Assembly: GCA_964252035.1 (NCBI GenBank)
Contig: OZ176212.1
Direction: 5' to 3' (one strand)
Source: Podarcis erhardii
Lineage: Eukaryota
Length of the DNA: 64,000 nt
Shown: piece by piece, positions 25,801-38,500 of the stretch
How the letters are laid out: each line of letters opens with the position of its first letter
How positions within the stretch are numbered: position 1 is the first letter of the stretch
The notes under the pieces: model-generated
Database searches by the model: none
What the model was told of the DNA's origin: nothing
What the model saw: only the letters and a program-made list of their open reading frames with translations
Position numbers and translations under genes: made by a program

Positions 25801-28642
25801 TGTTCCTGAGAAATAACAAGAGAGACCATGCAAGTCAGAATGAGACTTTAAAACAATATTAATATTACAGTTTTATTCATACAGAACAAAAATTATTTTG
25901 TTGTGAAAGGATGTAAATGTGGGAAAATAAAACTTGTTAAAATTTTTGTTTTGGAATTTAATCTTAGAGAGGAAGCTGGGGAAAGGGGAGAGATTCCACC
26001 CCCCTCGACCTGAAATTAGAAATGGTAGAAGAAAAAAATCCAAAGTTGAAACACACCAGCAAGGTCATAAGTCAAAAGAATATACTGCAAAATATGAATC
26101 TTACGATTTGCTTTCAGAATTTAAAAGAGAATTGTGCGAGATAAAGGAAAATGTTGATAAAACAGCTTCTCAAATCCGGGAAAATACTAATTTACTTTCA
26201 GAGGCTGTGGGACAACTTAAAGAGGTGAACATACAAACCACTGAGGTGGGAAAGGTTGAGGTGGTAGGCTCAAGGAAAATACAAGGGAAAGTAAAGGTGA
26301 TCCACAGTAAAAATGGCACCTCGTGTGAATTGATCTGGGAAGATTTTACTTTGATAGAGACAAAACAGAAAGGAAGGGGAAAAGGTATGAGAGGCTACTA
26401 TACATGGTGGCAATGTAAAGTTATTAAGAAGGCCTGGGAGGTAACATATAAAGATCTGAAGAGAATGTGAAAATGACCTTTGTTTAAAAAAATAGAATGA
26501 TTCTGAAAGGTACAGGACTTAATGGATTTACTGGGCAAAATACTTTGTTCCTGCACCTGAGAGTGGATGCCAGGCCAAGACCAGGCCATCCCCATAGAAG
26601 GAAGAAGCCACCGCCAAAGAAGATTGGTAAAATAAATTAGTGAACTATGCAGGACATATTAGACAACTTGAAACCCAAAGGACATTGGTTTTCTCTTTTT
26701 TAAATAAGGGAAATGTTTAAAGCATAACCTTGTAAGCTTTGTGGGTAGGCTTTTACATTAGTTGAACTTTTAAAAGTCACTTGTAATAAGATGAATAAGG
26801 TTTAAATATTGAATTGTTAAGAATATAAGATTTTAAGGACGTGCTTGAATAAGAGTAAAATAGTGGAACCAGGAGGGGAAGTGGAGGGAAGTCTATTAAG
26901 ATTATGGTCTAAATTTTTGAATGTGAATATTATTATTGTTTTTTATTCTGGAATTAATTGCAGGACAACGAAGTGCAAGCTCTTGTGATAACTAAGAGAC
27001 ATATCTTGAACCTGAAAGGATAAATACCCACCATCTATTATGGAATGGTCCAAAGACCCTAAAACTCTTGCTACATTTGAACATACTTTTTAGAAATACA
27101 AATCTCGCTTGGATATCTTTTTGGACAGCATATATTGAGCTATTTGTCTAAACTAAAATGTATTGACAGTTACTGTATCATTAATGTGAGCTGACAGTGT
27201 TTTTTCTTTTTCTTTCCTTTTTCCAAGTATCAAATCACTTAATCAAATAATATTTATATACCAGAGGGAAGGGGTGCTTTTTGGATTTCTACTAAAGGGT
27301 CAGCTCTGCTCCCAAAAATCATCACGTTTCACACTAGTCTTATATTCCTTTGTTTCCAAGAGATTCCTTGCTGTTCTGCTGGTTTTAAAATGCTTTCACT
27401 GAAGGACCAGGTGCGCAGCCTGGGAGTCATTTTGGACTCACAGCTGTCCATGGAGGCGCAGGTCAATTCTGTGTCCAGGGTGGCTGTCTACCAGCTCCAT
27501 CTAGTATGCTGGCTGAGACCCTACCTGCCCGCAGACTGTCTCGCCAGAGTGGTGCATGCTCTAGTTATCTCCTGCTTGGACTACTGCAATGCGCTCTACA
27601 TGGGGCTACCTTTGAAGGTGACCCGGAAACTGCAATTAATCCAGAATGCAGCAGCTAGACTGGTGACTGGGAGTGGCCGCCGGGACCATATAACACCGGT
27701 CCTGAGAGATCTGAATTGGCTCCCAGTACGTTTCCAAGTACAATTCAAAGTGTTGGTGCTAACCTTTAAAGCCCTAAGTGGCCTTGGTCCTGTATACCTG
27801 AAGGAGCGTCTCCACCCCCATCGTTCAGCCCGGACACTAAGATCCAGCGCTGAGGACCTTCTTGCAGTTCCCTCATTGTGAGAGGTGAGGTTACAGGGAA
27901 CCAGACAGAGGGCCTTCTCGGTAGTGGCGCCCGCCCTGTGGAAATAAGCAGCTATCCTATTTTTAAAAGACATCTGAAGGCAGCCCTGTTTAGGGAAGTT
28001 TTTAATTTTTATTTTATTTTATTTATACCCCGCCTTCCCTGGCCAAGACCAGGCTCAGGGCAGCTAACATCAAGTATAAAAACCATTGATTAAAATACAA
28101 CTTAAAAACAGGATTAAAATACAACTTAAAATGCAGCCTCATTTCAGTGGAAGCCCAGATCAAAAACTGTTTGGGGGGAGAAAATGTCAAATCTTCACCA
28201 AGGCCAACCATCCAGACTGGTCCTACGTGGGCCAGAAAAAAGCCAGAGAAGTCCCCAAATAGGGGTTTCATCACAGAAGGAAAAGGAAAGAGGGGGAGGG
28301 GATCAGGCTGATTCCAAGCCAAAGGCCAGGCGGAACAACTCTGTCCTACAGGCCCTGTGGAAAGAAATCAAATCCCGCAGGGCCCTGGTCTCATGAGACA
28401 GAGCGTTCCACTAGGCTGGAGGCCTGGATGAAGCTAATCTTACTTCCTTAGGGCCCGGGACCTCTAGAGTATTGCTATTTATGGACCTTAAGGTCCTCTG
28501 CGGGGCATACCAGGAGAGGCAATCCTGTAGGTATGAGGGTCCTAGGCTGTATTGTTTAATGCTGTACTGTTTTTAACAATTGATTGGGAGCCGCCAGAGT
28601 GGCTGGGGAAACTCAGCCAGATGGGCAGGGTATAAATAATAA

Positions 28643-28686
<44 letters not shown>

Positions 28687-29533
28687 CCATTGAATGTACT
28701 GAACTGTAAATGTTTTAACTGTGGTGCGCTGCTCTCCAGACTGAAGAGCAGGATATTAAATGGCTATAAGAAAGCTCTTCTCACACATTTATCTTTTTTT
28801 TAGTGCTCAGACAATAACCCTACAAAGTAGGTTAGCACTATAAGCTCCCACATATTGCTCACTCTTAACCTACAGCTGCCTATCACAGAGCTCATGGTAA
28901 AGATAAGATTTGAAACAGGAATGCAGAACCGAAGCAGCTTCTCCAGTTCTTCTTCAGTTCCCTGCTCCCCAAACCCCCAGAAAAGCCCCCCAAACCTAGC
29001 ACACACACCTCCACGTCACACTAGGTTTCGAAAGATCCTAGGCATGTTTTTTTAGGGAACAAACCCCACTGAAACCAACCCCGCTCTCAGCTCCCTTACA
29101 AGTGAGCAGGCTGTCCAGTCTCGGTCCAGTAAAGGTTCTAAGATCTACTCGGATCTCCCTATAAAAACAAAAGCGCGGGTTGATTCAACAGATCTTAACC
29201 CGGGGCGCCCCACGTGCTCTCTCCCCCCCCCCACGAGACCAGGATGCCCACAATGTTTTGGACACATGGAATCGGAAACATGTTGACACAGCATAACCTG
29301 CCCACCCTCGGCTACCACCCCGCTTCTCACTCATCCGTAACTCACTCCACCTGCAAACGTAAATATTGCCCCCTCCTTCGAAAATAACCTGACCCGCTAC
29401 CCCAAAAGTCCTTCCCTCCAGTGCCTCCCCCCAAGCTCCTCACATAGATCAGGAACTTCAGCCTCCTCTTCAAGGCCCTGTAGCGCCTTTTGTAGCCCCC
29501 GCTGCCAGGATCAGGCTCTCCCGCCCCGTTCAT
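19859..29533 (-). CDS. INO80E: INO80 complex subunit E (246 aa); exons in transcript order 29533-29444, 25805-25735, 25057-25005, 24461-24386, 22980-22863, 21066-20938, 20062-19859
   Basis: GT-AG introns; 741 nt in frame. N-terminal coiled coil [55 protein letters not shown] and C-terminus [17 protein letters not shown]...[12 protein letters not shown] match recalled human INO80E. AATAAA on - strand at 19731-19736. Confidence 0.95.
20739..20763. repeat. (GA)n microsatellite
   Basis: Direct reading. Confidence 0.9.
21305..21600 (-). mobile_element. CR1 LINE 3' remnant
   Basis: Remnant translation ...GGFQKSLDK... and CR1-like 3' sequence; heavily decayed. Confidence 0.55.
23937..24178. mobile_element. 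Tc1/mariner (Tigger-like) MITE
   Basis: TIR CAGTGGTACCTCGGGTTA...TAACCCGAGGTACCACTG flanked by TA on both sides; second copy at 40122-40362. Confidence 0.88.
24542..24685 (-). mobile_element. tRNA-derived SINE remnant
   Basis: B-box-like GAGTTCAAATCC on - strand; body resembles the SINE at 50404-50600. Confidence 0.5.
25900..26940 (+). mobile_element. Internally deleted L1-like retroposon remnant in INO80E intron 1
   Basis: A-rich sense strand. ORF 25934-26470 has a coiled-coil-like segment ([26 protein letters not shown]) followed by [23 protein letters not shown], which resembles the C-terminal Cys/His region of squamate L1 ORF2. GGAGGGAAGTC near the 3' end. Boundaries approximate. Confidence 0.6.
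27390..28685 (+). mobile_element. L2 LINE 3' fragment interrupted at about 28013-28550 by an oppositely oriented L2-type 3' end
   Basis: ORF 27390-27881 ([12 protein letters not shown]...[12 protein letters not shown]...[14 protein letters not shown]...HITPVL...WLPV) is L2 ORF2 C-terminus. The 3' UTR resumes near 28551 and ends in (TAT)n at 28645-28685. Confidence 0.85.
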
Positions 29534-30192
29534 GCCCACCTGGGGGAGCAACTGGAGGCAGGAACTGAGACTGGGAAGGGAGAGAGCGCGGAAGGGGGGC
29601 GGGGGGGGAAAGGTTACAGTGGAAGAACTACATTTCCCGGCATGCTCCGGGAAGAAGCCTCAGCAAAGCGGATGGGCAGGAGGAGCAGGACTACGACTCT
29701 CGGCATGCCTCGCGGCGGGGAGGCTCTTTCCACAACAACTGACCCCCAATTTTTTTTATTATTATTATCTGGAGTCCCTATTGTTCAGACACGGCATGGG
29801 AGCTTTTGAGGGGCCCAAATTCAGGGAATTAAACAAAGGGCAGCGCAGCGTAATATAAAGACAACGTTCCCCCCATTGGACGCGCGTTGGCTTGTCACAC
29901 CCGAAAGTGCCCGCTACCGCCCCGTTGCTACGGGCACGTACGCGTTGCTAGGACTACGTTTCCCGTCAGGCCCGGCGACGCCGTCGAATCCGCTCCCATT
30001 GGCTTATTTGCTAACCCTCGCGAGCCACGCCTCCCGTGCCCTGCGTCGCTCCCCCTGTTTCTCCCGCCGCCTCCGTGAGAGGGTCCTCCGGTTGCTAGTG
30101 CTGCGGTCGCTGTTACCCGGGACTACACTTCCCAGTAGGCCTTGCGGGGAGAAGGACCGCTTCAGCTCGGAGGAGCCCGTTGGCGGGAAAGG
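29534..30192. promoter_or_regulatory. Bidirectional CpG-island promoter of INO80E/HIRIP3 with four ZNF143/THAP11-type motifs
   Basis: Divergent ATGs about 660 bp apart in CpG-rich DNA. Motifs ACTACATTTCCCGGCATGC (29627), ACTACGACTCTCGGCATGC (29690), ACTACGTTTCCCGTCAGGC (29953), ACTACACTTCCCAGTAGGC (30122). ATTGG (reverse CCAAT) near 29875 and 29998. Confidence 0.85.
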
Positions 30193-32545
30193 ATGGCCGC
30201 CGCGGATCCCGCGGAGCTGCAGAGGATGGAAGCCTTTGTCAGGGCTCTTTTCCAGGAAAAGCCCGACCTCAGGTGAGAGTCCGGAGCTGCTGAAGGGGCG
30301 CCCGCAAGGCTGAACCCGGGGCCGGCGGCCTTTGGCCCTGAAACCTGCTGTTCGCGCTCGGAACTAAGGAAGACTGGGGTGCCCCTGAGCATTTGCAGAG
30401 TGCGGTTGCCTCGCCGCTGAAATAAACCGCACAGCCGGCCGCTTTCCCGTCGGGGAGGGCGGGGAGGGAAAGGCGCTTGCTCGGGAATGGGTGTGACGCG
30501 AGGAAAGACTGAACCGCTGAGCGCCCACCTGCTGGCATCTTTTGCCATGAAGATCTGGCTTCCCTTGGAGGAGAAGGTCGTGGTCAGTCGCTGGCCGGGG
30601 GTGGGTGGGTGGGTGGGGGTCCAGGATATCCCTCTGACCTGGTAAGGACGATGGATCCTGAATCTCTTTTGCAAACTTACACCGATTGATACACAGATGC
30701 TCTATTAACATCTTAACAGAAAATATCTTAACAGATGCCAGACCAGTTTTCCAGGGAGGGGTAAGCCCCCTACATGCCAAGCAATTTTATCTTTTAGCAG
30801 GATTTACAGGTGAACTATTTTGGGGGAGGTATTCTCCCTCGTCTCCTTCCTGCTACTGCAGAGAAATAGTTGAGGTCATTTAAGAGACTCAAAATTGCTT
30901 CAGAATTGCTCGCTACATCTTTTCAGAATATGGTTTATATACCTATGTATGTGCATCCACCCTGTATATTTTGAACATTTATTGTTTTGACAATAAATGA
31001 GTTGGGGGCGGCGGCGAGTACACACATAGGGTGGCACTGTGGTCTAAACCACAGAGCCTTTTGAGCTTGCCAATCAGAAGGTTGATGGTTCGAATCCCTG
31101 CGACGGGATAAGCCCCCTTTGCTGTGTCCCAGCTCCTGCCAACCTAGCAGTTCAAAAGCACACCAGTGCAAGTAGATAAATAGGTACTGCTGCAGCGGGA
31201 AGGTAATTGGTGTTTCCTTGCGCTCTGGCTCCTGTCACGGTGTTCTGTGGGCAAACGCTAGGTCCCTCAGCCTGAAAAGCAAGATGAGTGCCGCACTTCA
31301 ATAGTCGCCTTTGATTGGACTTAACCATCCAGGGGTCCTTTACCTTTTACACACATAGGCCAGTTCTCAGGTAACAAGCCCAATGTCTAGGATGAGGGAG
31401 TCCACAGGCACCAGCTGTGACCATTTTAAGTACATGTTGCATCTGTCTCCCATCGGGAGGTTGTGGACATGTAAAACCCTACATGGCTTAGGACCTACAT
31501 ACTCTGTGAATTGCCTGCTCCCATTTAAGCCTGCCCATATGTTGTATTTATCAAGCACTTGCTATGTGGCAACACACAAGAGGGTGCCCTCAGGACTGGC
31601 AGATCAATAATGGAATGCCCTCCTTTCTTAGATTTAACAGGTGCTGACGCTGTTGGGCTTTTGGTGCCAAATAAAAATGTGTTTATTTGCCCCAGATTTC
31701 GGTTAATCCGTTCATTGGTGCTGGAGATGGGCATGCTTGTCTTGCTGGTTCCTTGTGACTTGGTGGCTGTTGATATTTTATTACTTTATTGTTTTTATAT
31801 ATGCATTGGAACTGGAGATGGAACTGGAACTGGAAATGAAATTAACAGTGAATGTGTGGCTATTCAACAAAAGCCTCATTCCTCACCATTATTGCTGTTT
31901 CTTGCAGCACCCTCACGAATGCTATAATCCGGAAGAAATATCTCCTCCATGTCGGGCGGGAGAGTATGGCTGAAGAGCAAAAGGAGCAACTCAGACAGCT
32001 GGTGGAACTAGAGTTGAACCGGATGGAGGTGCGGGCAATGTTAGCGGGTAAAGGGCAGGGCAGCACGTTCTCTGGGGGAGCCAGCTGGAGGAGAGGAAAG
32101 GTGTGCTGTGCCACCGGAGGCAGTGAAAGGGGTCCAAATAGTTAAAGCTGGAAACTTTTCATTTTGATGTCATCTACAGGAGGATTCCGTGAATGCCGTA
32201 GAGTTCATGGCAAAATTCAAGACTCACATCAACTCCATTATCCAGAAGCGACCTCGCTGCAACTCTGATACCCCTGGCGAGGAGTTAGAAATCCAAGAGC
32301 TCAAGAAGCAGCGAACTGGAAGCATACCAGGTACGTGACAAGGTTGCAAAATGCTGTCCTGTATGCAAATGCTCCCTGGCATAGTCTTGGTCTCTCGCTT
32401 GTGGAAGGGTCTTTCTTAAGGTTGGTTTTCACAATTATTTGTAAATGGCAGGCTGACAGTTTTTTGGGAAAGATGACTTTTCCCACCTGTTTACCATCCT
32501 TTCCTTGTGATTTGCAGCTGCAGGGGAGTATCTGAGATTCTTGGA

Positions 32546-32586
<41 letters not shown>

Positions 32587-35500
32587 TGTGTGTGTGTTTT
32601 CTGTGGTTGTTTAAAGCACTTGCACAGTCCATGAGGAAGTGCTGCTTGTTGCCTGTCCAGTATGCACTGCTTTCAGTTTGCTTGGATGACCTTGCTTTTT
32701 GGCAGGAAATTGCTGGGACCTTCCTCTGAAGGACATGCAGTCCAGATAACGGGCTGATAGCAGCACATAATTGAAATCAGCTTCTCTTGTTTTAAAAATC
32801 CACTTTGTTTTGTCTTTTATCCCACACTGAGGCCCTTCCATCCATCACTGATGGCTTGCTTAGCTTCAGCCAGATTCCTGCATCGTAGAATTGTAGAGTT
32901 GGAAGGATTCTGTTAGTTATGTTGAGAATTACCTTAATGGAGATCTGTGTCAGCTGCATTTTTATGTGTAGAGAGAAACGGCTTTCACAGAAAGCATGTG
33001 GTTACCTCCTTTATAGGCTCTCTGCCTCTTTCAGAACACATTTTTAAATGTATAAAAGAATGAAAAAGCTATATGCCCATGGAACACTAGCATGTCTCTT
33101 AATTATCAAAATGCAGAGAGTTTTTCATGTAAGGTGGAACATTCATTCGTGTTTTCTGAACACACATTACCTCCGCCACTGTCAGCTTTCTTCTCCATGG
33201 GTAGATCCCTGTCCTGGCTTGAGCCTAAAAACAGGCCTCGCGGGGAGGAGGCGGCCATAAGGGAAGCATCACATCTTCTGAGTGTAGATGATGGTGGCCT
33301 GAGGTGGTGGAACATTTCTGGAATATTTGCCTGGAACTCACCTTGGCACTACTACAGTGCCGTGTTATACCCACTCTGCATTGGTGCGAAGTTGATGGTT
33401 TAGTGGGGCAGCACCTGCACTTTGGAACTCCCTGCCTCTTGAAATCAGGCCAACGTCTTCACTGTATGCTTTTCGGCACCTGCTAAAAATATTCTTTTTT
33501 TAGACAAGCTTAACCAGATGCTTGGAAAGCTGAGGTAATTTTGATCTATTTTAGTATTTTAACTCTTGTACGTTTTAAAGTAGGGCTGTGTACCTACTTT
33601 ATTGTTTTATCTTTTTGTAGACCGCTTTGAGGTTTGTTTGTTTTTTACAGTCAAGTAGTGCATAAATTTTATGAAATAAATAAATAATAAATACTGAGTC
33701 TCTAAACACTTTTAATAAACACTTATCCTTTTTAAAAAGGATTTTTCCTTTATTTATGGTATTTCAGGTTTGTAATTCTTCTCTCACCAGTAGAAAATAG
33801 GACAGTGGGATATTGTTATGCTCCACTTTCTTGAAGGCAGTAAAAACACCATCCTTCTTGGAGGCTTCTAAGTTGCCCCTCTGCAAGCAGCAATTCATTT
33901 TTTCTGCCCTTGCTTGAAGCAGGCCAGTTTAATCACTGGTGTTCTTTGGGCCTTTAACTGCTGTTTTCTTGTGAGTGCAGTTACTTTGTGTGTGTGTGGT
34001 TTGCCCTTTTTTGAGGGGCTTTTTCCTCAGCAGGTTGTTTTTTGTTTGTTATTAGATGGATTTTTGACCTCTGATCACCGTAATGATTCCTACTTGCTTT
34101 CCTCTGTGGCATTTTCTCTCCTCTGCTGTTTGCTAAATTAATTCTACTGAGTCGGCAAATAAAATTGTGTTTTTTATTCTTTGCTTTTTTTAAAAAAATT
34201 GAACAAATGTTAAAAAGAAACAGGGTGGGAAATAATTTGAATTAAAGTCGGACAAGGGTATATTCCTCATAGTGGGTTGCTATGCATTACAGGGCTATGC
34301 TATTATGGAGGGGGCACACGTGACCCTATTGGCTCCACCACCAGCAGTTGCGACAACATTGGGGATGCCTGGTCGCCTGCAGACAGTTGTTAACTTGCCA
34401 CAGGTGACCAGGCAAATTTCCAGCCAAGTAGACTGATTAGTGCCCCTTCTCAATATCTGTCATGTTGCTCACTTTTTATCTTCCAGAAGTCAGTTCTGAT
34501 GATAAAGATTCTGGGATTGATTCCAAGAAGATACCTAAGCATGTTGGAGCTGGGAAATCTTCTAGCTGCTCCGACCAACAAGATTCCGGAGCAGAAGGGC
34601 AGGCTGGCGGATCTGAGAGCGATGGGCAAAGTGCTAAGAAGAGAAGGAGGGAACGACCCCAGAGGGGGAAAGGTAGCAAACCAAACAGGGGGCAGCAGAG
34701 CAGGAGACAGAGAGAACGATCAGGGAGTGAGTCGAAGGAGACAACAGAAGAGGAACAGAGTGACCCTGAAGAGATCAGAAAACATAAGGCAGCAAAAGGC
34801 CAAAGAATCGAATCAGGGAGTGACTCTGAACAAGAGCTGAGCAACTACAAGACCCAGAAAAAGAAAGGGTTTGGCAAAGAACAGAAGCGGACTGAGACAC
34901 TGGGCAAAGGAAAGAACAGAAATATGGATGAGCAAAGGAGAAAAATAGAAGAAGAGTCAGAAGAGGACATGGCGCTGCCCAAGGCACGAAAAATCTGCAA
35001 GGGGGGGAGAATTGATGGAAGTGAGAGTGAAGAGGAGATGAAGGGCAGTGGTGGCAAAAAGGCTCAGAACAGGCCAAGACGAAGATGTTTGAAGGCTCAA
35101 GAGGAGAGTGAGGGTGAGGATGAATCAGAGAGCGATTCAGAGGATGAGCAGCCCAGCAGGCAGAACAAGATGAGGAGAAATAGTAAACGAAGCAGGGAAA
35201 GTGTTAGGGCAGAGGAGCTGGAGAGGGATTCAGACAGTGCCGGAGGCAAAAGTTGGGTGAAGAAGGAAATGCACAAGGCAGCTAGGAGGGCAAGTGAAAA
35301 ATGGAGCCATAACTCAGAGAGCGATTCTGAAGACGGTGGGGAGTTCAAGAGGCAGGCCAGCAAAGGAATGAAAAAGACGCAGAAGAGGAAGGAACTGGAG
35401 CAGGGAAATCATAAGCCTCCCAAGCAAAGCACAAGCAGGGAAGAATCAGAAAGCGAGAGAAATGAGCGTAAGAGCTCAGAGCGAAAAAGAAAAGGGACCA

Positions 35501-38500
35501 AGAAGCCCAGCAGTAGCGAAGATGAATCGTGCAGTGAGGCAGAGGAGATGGAAAGGGGCAAGAGCAAATCCAAGATGTCTGGGAGCAGTGACGAATCAGA
35601 GGATGGGTCAGAAGAGCGGGAAAGTGGAAAGCGGAAAAAGAAAAGAGAGCCTAAAAAGAAGGGCAAGAGTGTGTCTGGGAGTGAATATAGCTCAGAGGAA
35701 GAGCCGCTGAGAAAGGAAGGAGAGAAGTCCCAGGGAAAGCATACCATCGCTGAAAAAGATCTGGAGACGGATTCGGAGGACAGTGGAAGTGAATTGGTGG
35801 GAAGAAAAAAAGGCCTGCAGAAGACTGGGATGCAGAAGCCCCAAAGGAGGGAAGTGAGTTCAAGCTCAGGAGATGAAGATGACCCTCGTTCTTCCAAACG
35901 CAAAGGAAAGGTAAGGAGATCTTTGCTTGGCAATACCAAACATTAATAGCTCAGTACAATTGCGGGCACAGTTTGTCCTCTCCCTCCCTCCCCCCCAGCA
36001 TGTTAAGATATTCCCAAGATTGATATTTACTCAAGTCTTTTGTGTTCTGGGTGGCAGTTCCAGCACCATAATGTGCTGGTCAGTGTATATTCAGCCTGGC
36101 CATGGAGTGTAGTCTGGCACAAGCTTTTGCTCTCAAAAGTAACCTGAATGTCAGGCACGCAGGGAGCACAGGGTTTTGGGATTAATGGCCAGTGGGGGCC
36201 CTCAGTCTAAGCAAGCTGCCCACCTTTACTCTTTCCTTTTGCTTCTATATCGAAAATCAAATTTGTGTGTGTATTTTAACTATGCATCCTGCCTTTCAGG
36301 ATACACATCCTTCCCAGGCATTTCACTTAAGACCATAGGAACAGAGTCTCAGACCATTGGCCCATCTATCTCATTGTCTACATTGACTGGCAGCAGCATC
36401 TGTGTGGAGAGGCTGGGGATTGAGCCTGGGAATCTTCTACGCGAAAAGCTAAGGGCCTTCCACTAGCATGCGGCACCCAAAAGGGAATGTGGCTGGAAAA
36501 GTTTCCCTTCCCTTGCAATAAGGCACAGCGTGGTTATTTTAAAGGAATGGCTGCCTTTTGAAAATGCAGTGTTTTTATGGACCCCATGTCAGGTTTTGCA
36601 ATCTCTTCCCCGTTCTCCGCCTGCTGCAGGACAAAGAGCATCACTCCAGGAAGAATGAGGAGCACTCTTCAATCCGACGCCTGAAACGCTACATCCGGGA
36701 GTGCGGTGCCCATCGAAATTACAAGAAGCTGCTTAGCGGTTGCCACTCCCGCAAAGCTCAGTTGAAGGTGCTCAAAGAGGAGCTGGAAAACCTTGGCCTG
36801 AAGGGTAGGTGCAAGTTGAATGCTTTAGGCAGAAACTGGGAAGGGCAGGGAAAGCCTATTTTCAAGGGAAGGAGAGAGGGAGGGAGAGGCTGGATCCAGG
36901 AACTAGGGGTCAGCAGCACTGTGTGTGCTTGCTTCCAAACCCCACGTTCAGACCAAGGAAGTTGTGGGTGCTGCAACCAGCCTGTAGGAGTTACGCACAC
37001 ACAGCCCATTTTCAAAGTCAATGGCTGATCTTGTGTGATTATGGAAAGAGCTATTGGGAGTCTCGTGACCACACACACTGCCTTCACTACTGTAATTCCA
37101 ATTGGGGGTCCTCTGGTTCAGAAATTTAAGCAAGTGTCTCCAGAGACTATCTTTTACAGCCTCAAAAGCCAGATTCTTTGCATGATCCAGAAATCCGTCA
37201 GATGAAGCTGTCTTTTAATGTGTTGGACGACTGTTCCTTCTGGCTCAGCATTGGCTGCCAGTGACTCTCCCATACTTTAGGCAGGGGACTTTTCCAGCCC
37301 TAACTGGCGATGCCAAGGGTTGAAGCGTGGACCTTCTGCATGCAGAGCATATGTTCTGTCACTGCACTAAAGCCCTTCTCTAGTTTCTCCCACCCATCAA
37401 GGTTTCTTTGGTTTGTGAGACTTGAAGAGAACTTGCTTTCCTCACTGCTACATCCCCACGTGAATGAAAAGCTGCCCCTGTTTGAATTTGTACCCATCAG
37501 GCTCTTTTAAAGGCACCGTACCTCAGGGAACAGTGTTTCCGTGTGCTGCGCTGGTGCTGGCTCACCAGAGCAGCTTTGTCACGCTGGCCACGTGACCCAG
37601 AAGTGTCTCCGGACAGCGCTGGCTCCCAGCCTCTTAAGTGAGATGAGCACACAACCCTAGAGTCGGACACGACTGGCCCGTACGGGCAGGGGTACCTTTA
37701 CCTTTACCTTTTACCTCAGGGAAAGGGACACGGGTGGCGCTGTGGGTTAAACCACAGAGCCTAGGACTTGCTGATCAGAAGGTCGGCAGTTCGAATCCCT
37801 GTGACGGGGTGAGCTCCCTTTGCTCGGTCCCTGCTCCTGCCAACCTAGCAGTTTGAAAGCACATCAAAGTGCAAGTAGATAAATAGGTACTGCTCCAGTG
37901 AGAAGGTAAACAGCGTTTCCGTGTGCTGCTCTGGTTCACCAGAAGCAGCTTAGTCATGCTGGCCACATGACTGGGAAGCTGTACGCCGGCTCCCTTGGCC
38001 AATAAAGCGAGTTGAGCGCCGCAACCCCAGAGTTGGTCACGACTGGACCTAAGGGTTAGGGGTTCCTTTACCTTTACCTCAGGGAAACTACAGCAACATC
38101 TTTTTCAGAGTGTGGCTATTTTTCAGTCTTATCCTTCTGAGCACAGGGGGACACTTGCCCACGTGTCTCACTTCTTGGCCTGTGTTTTCCCTCCCCTTTT
38201 CTCAGGGGCACCATCTCTGGCCAAGTGCAAGGCCTTGAAGAAGAAGCGGGAAGTGGCCGCCGAAATTGCTTCGCTCGATCTCTGCAACATCATTGCTACA
38301 CAAGGTAAAGGTGGGAGGAGCCAAAGAGAAGGGGCATGGCTAGTGGTAGATAGGAAGAAACCTGGAAACTTTAACTTCCTGATTTCTGCCTTTGTTTTGC
38401 ATGTGTATTTGAGCCTACCCCACACAGGGTGATAACCGGTTATGTCACACTGAGAGCAGGCCCACTGATATCAGTGGATTTAAAATACTAAAGCCCATTT

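Noticed and set aside
35409-35939. 176-aa and other ORFs antisense to HIRIP3 exon 4
   Set aside because: Shadow frames of a purine-rich low-complexity exon; S/L/F-rich with no domain.
37519-38086. Direct repeats with spacers, superficially CRISPR-like
   Set aside because: Eukaryotic DNA; the repeats are 12-bp TSDs and the spacers are SINEs.
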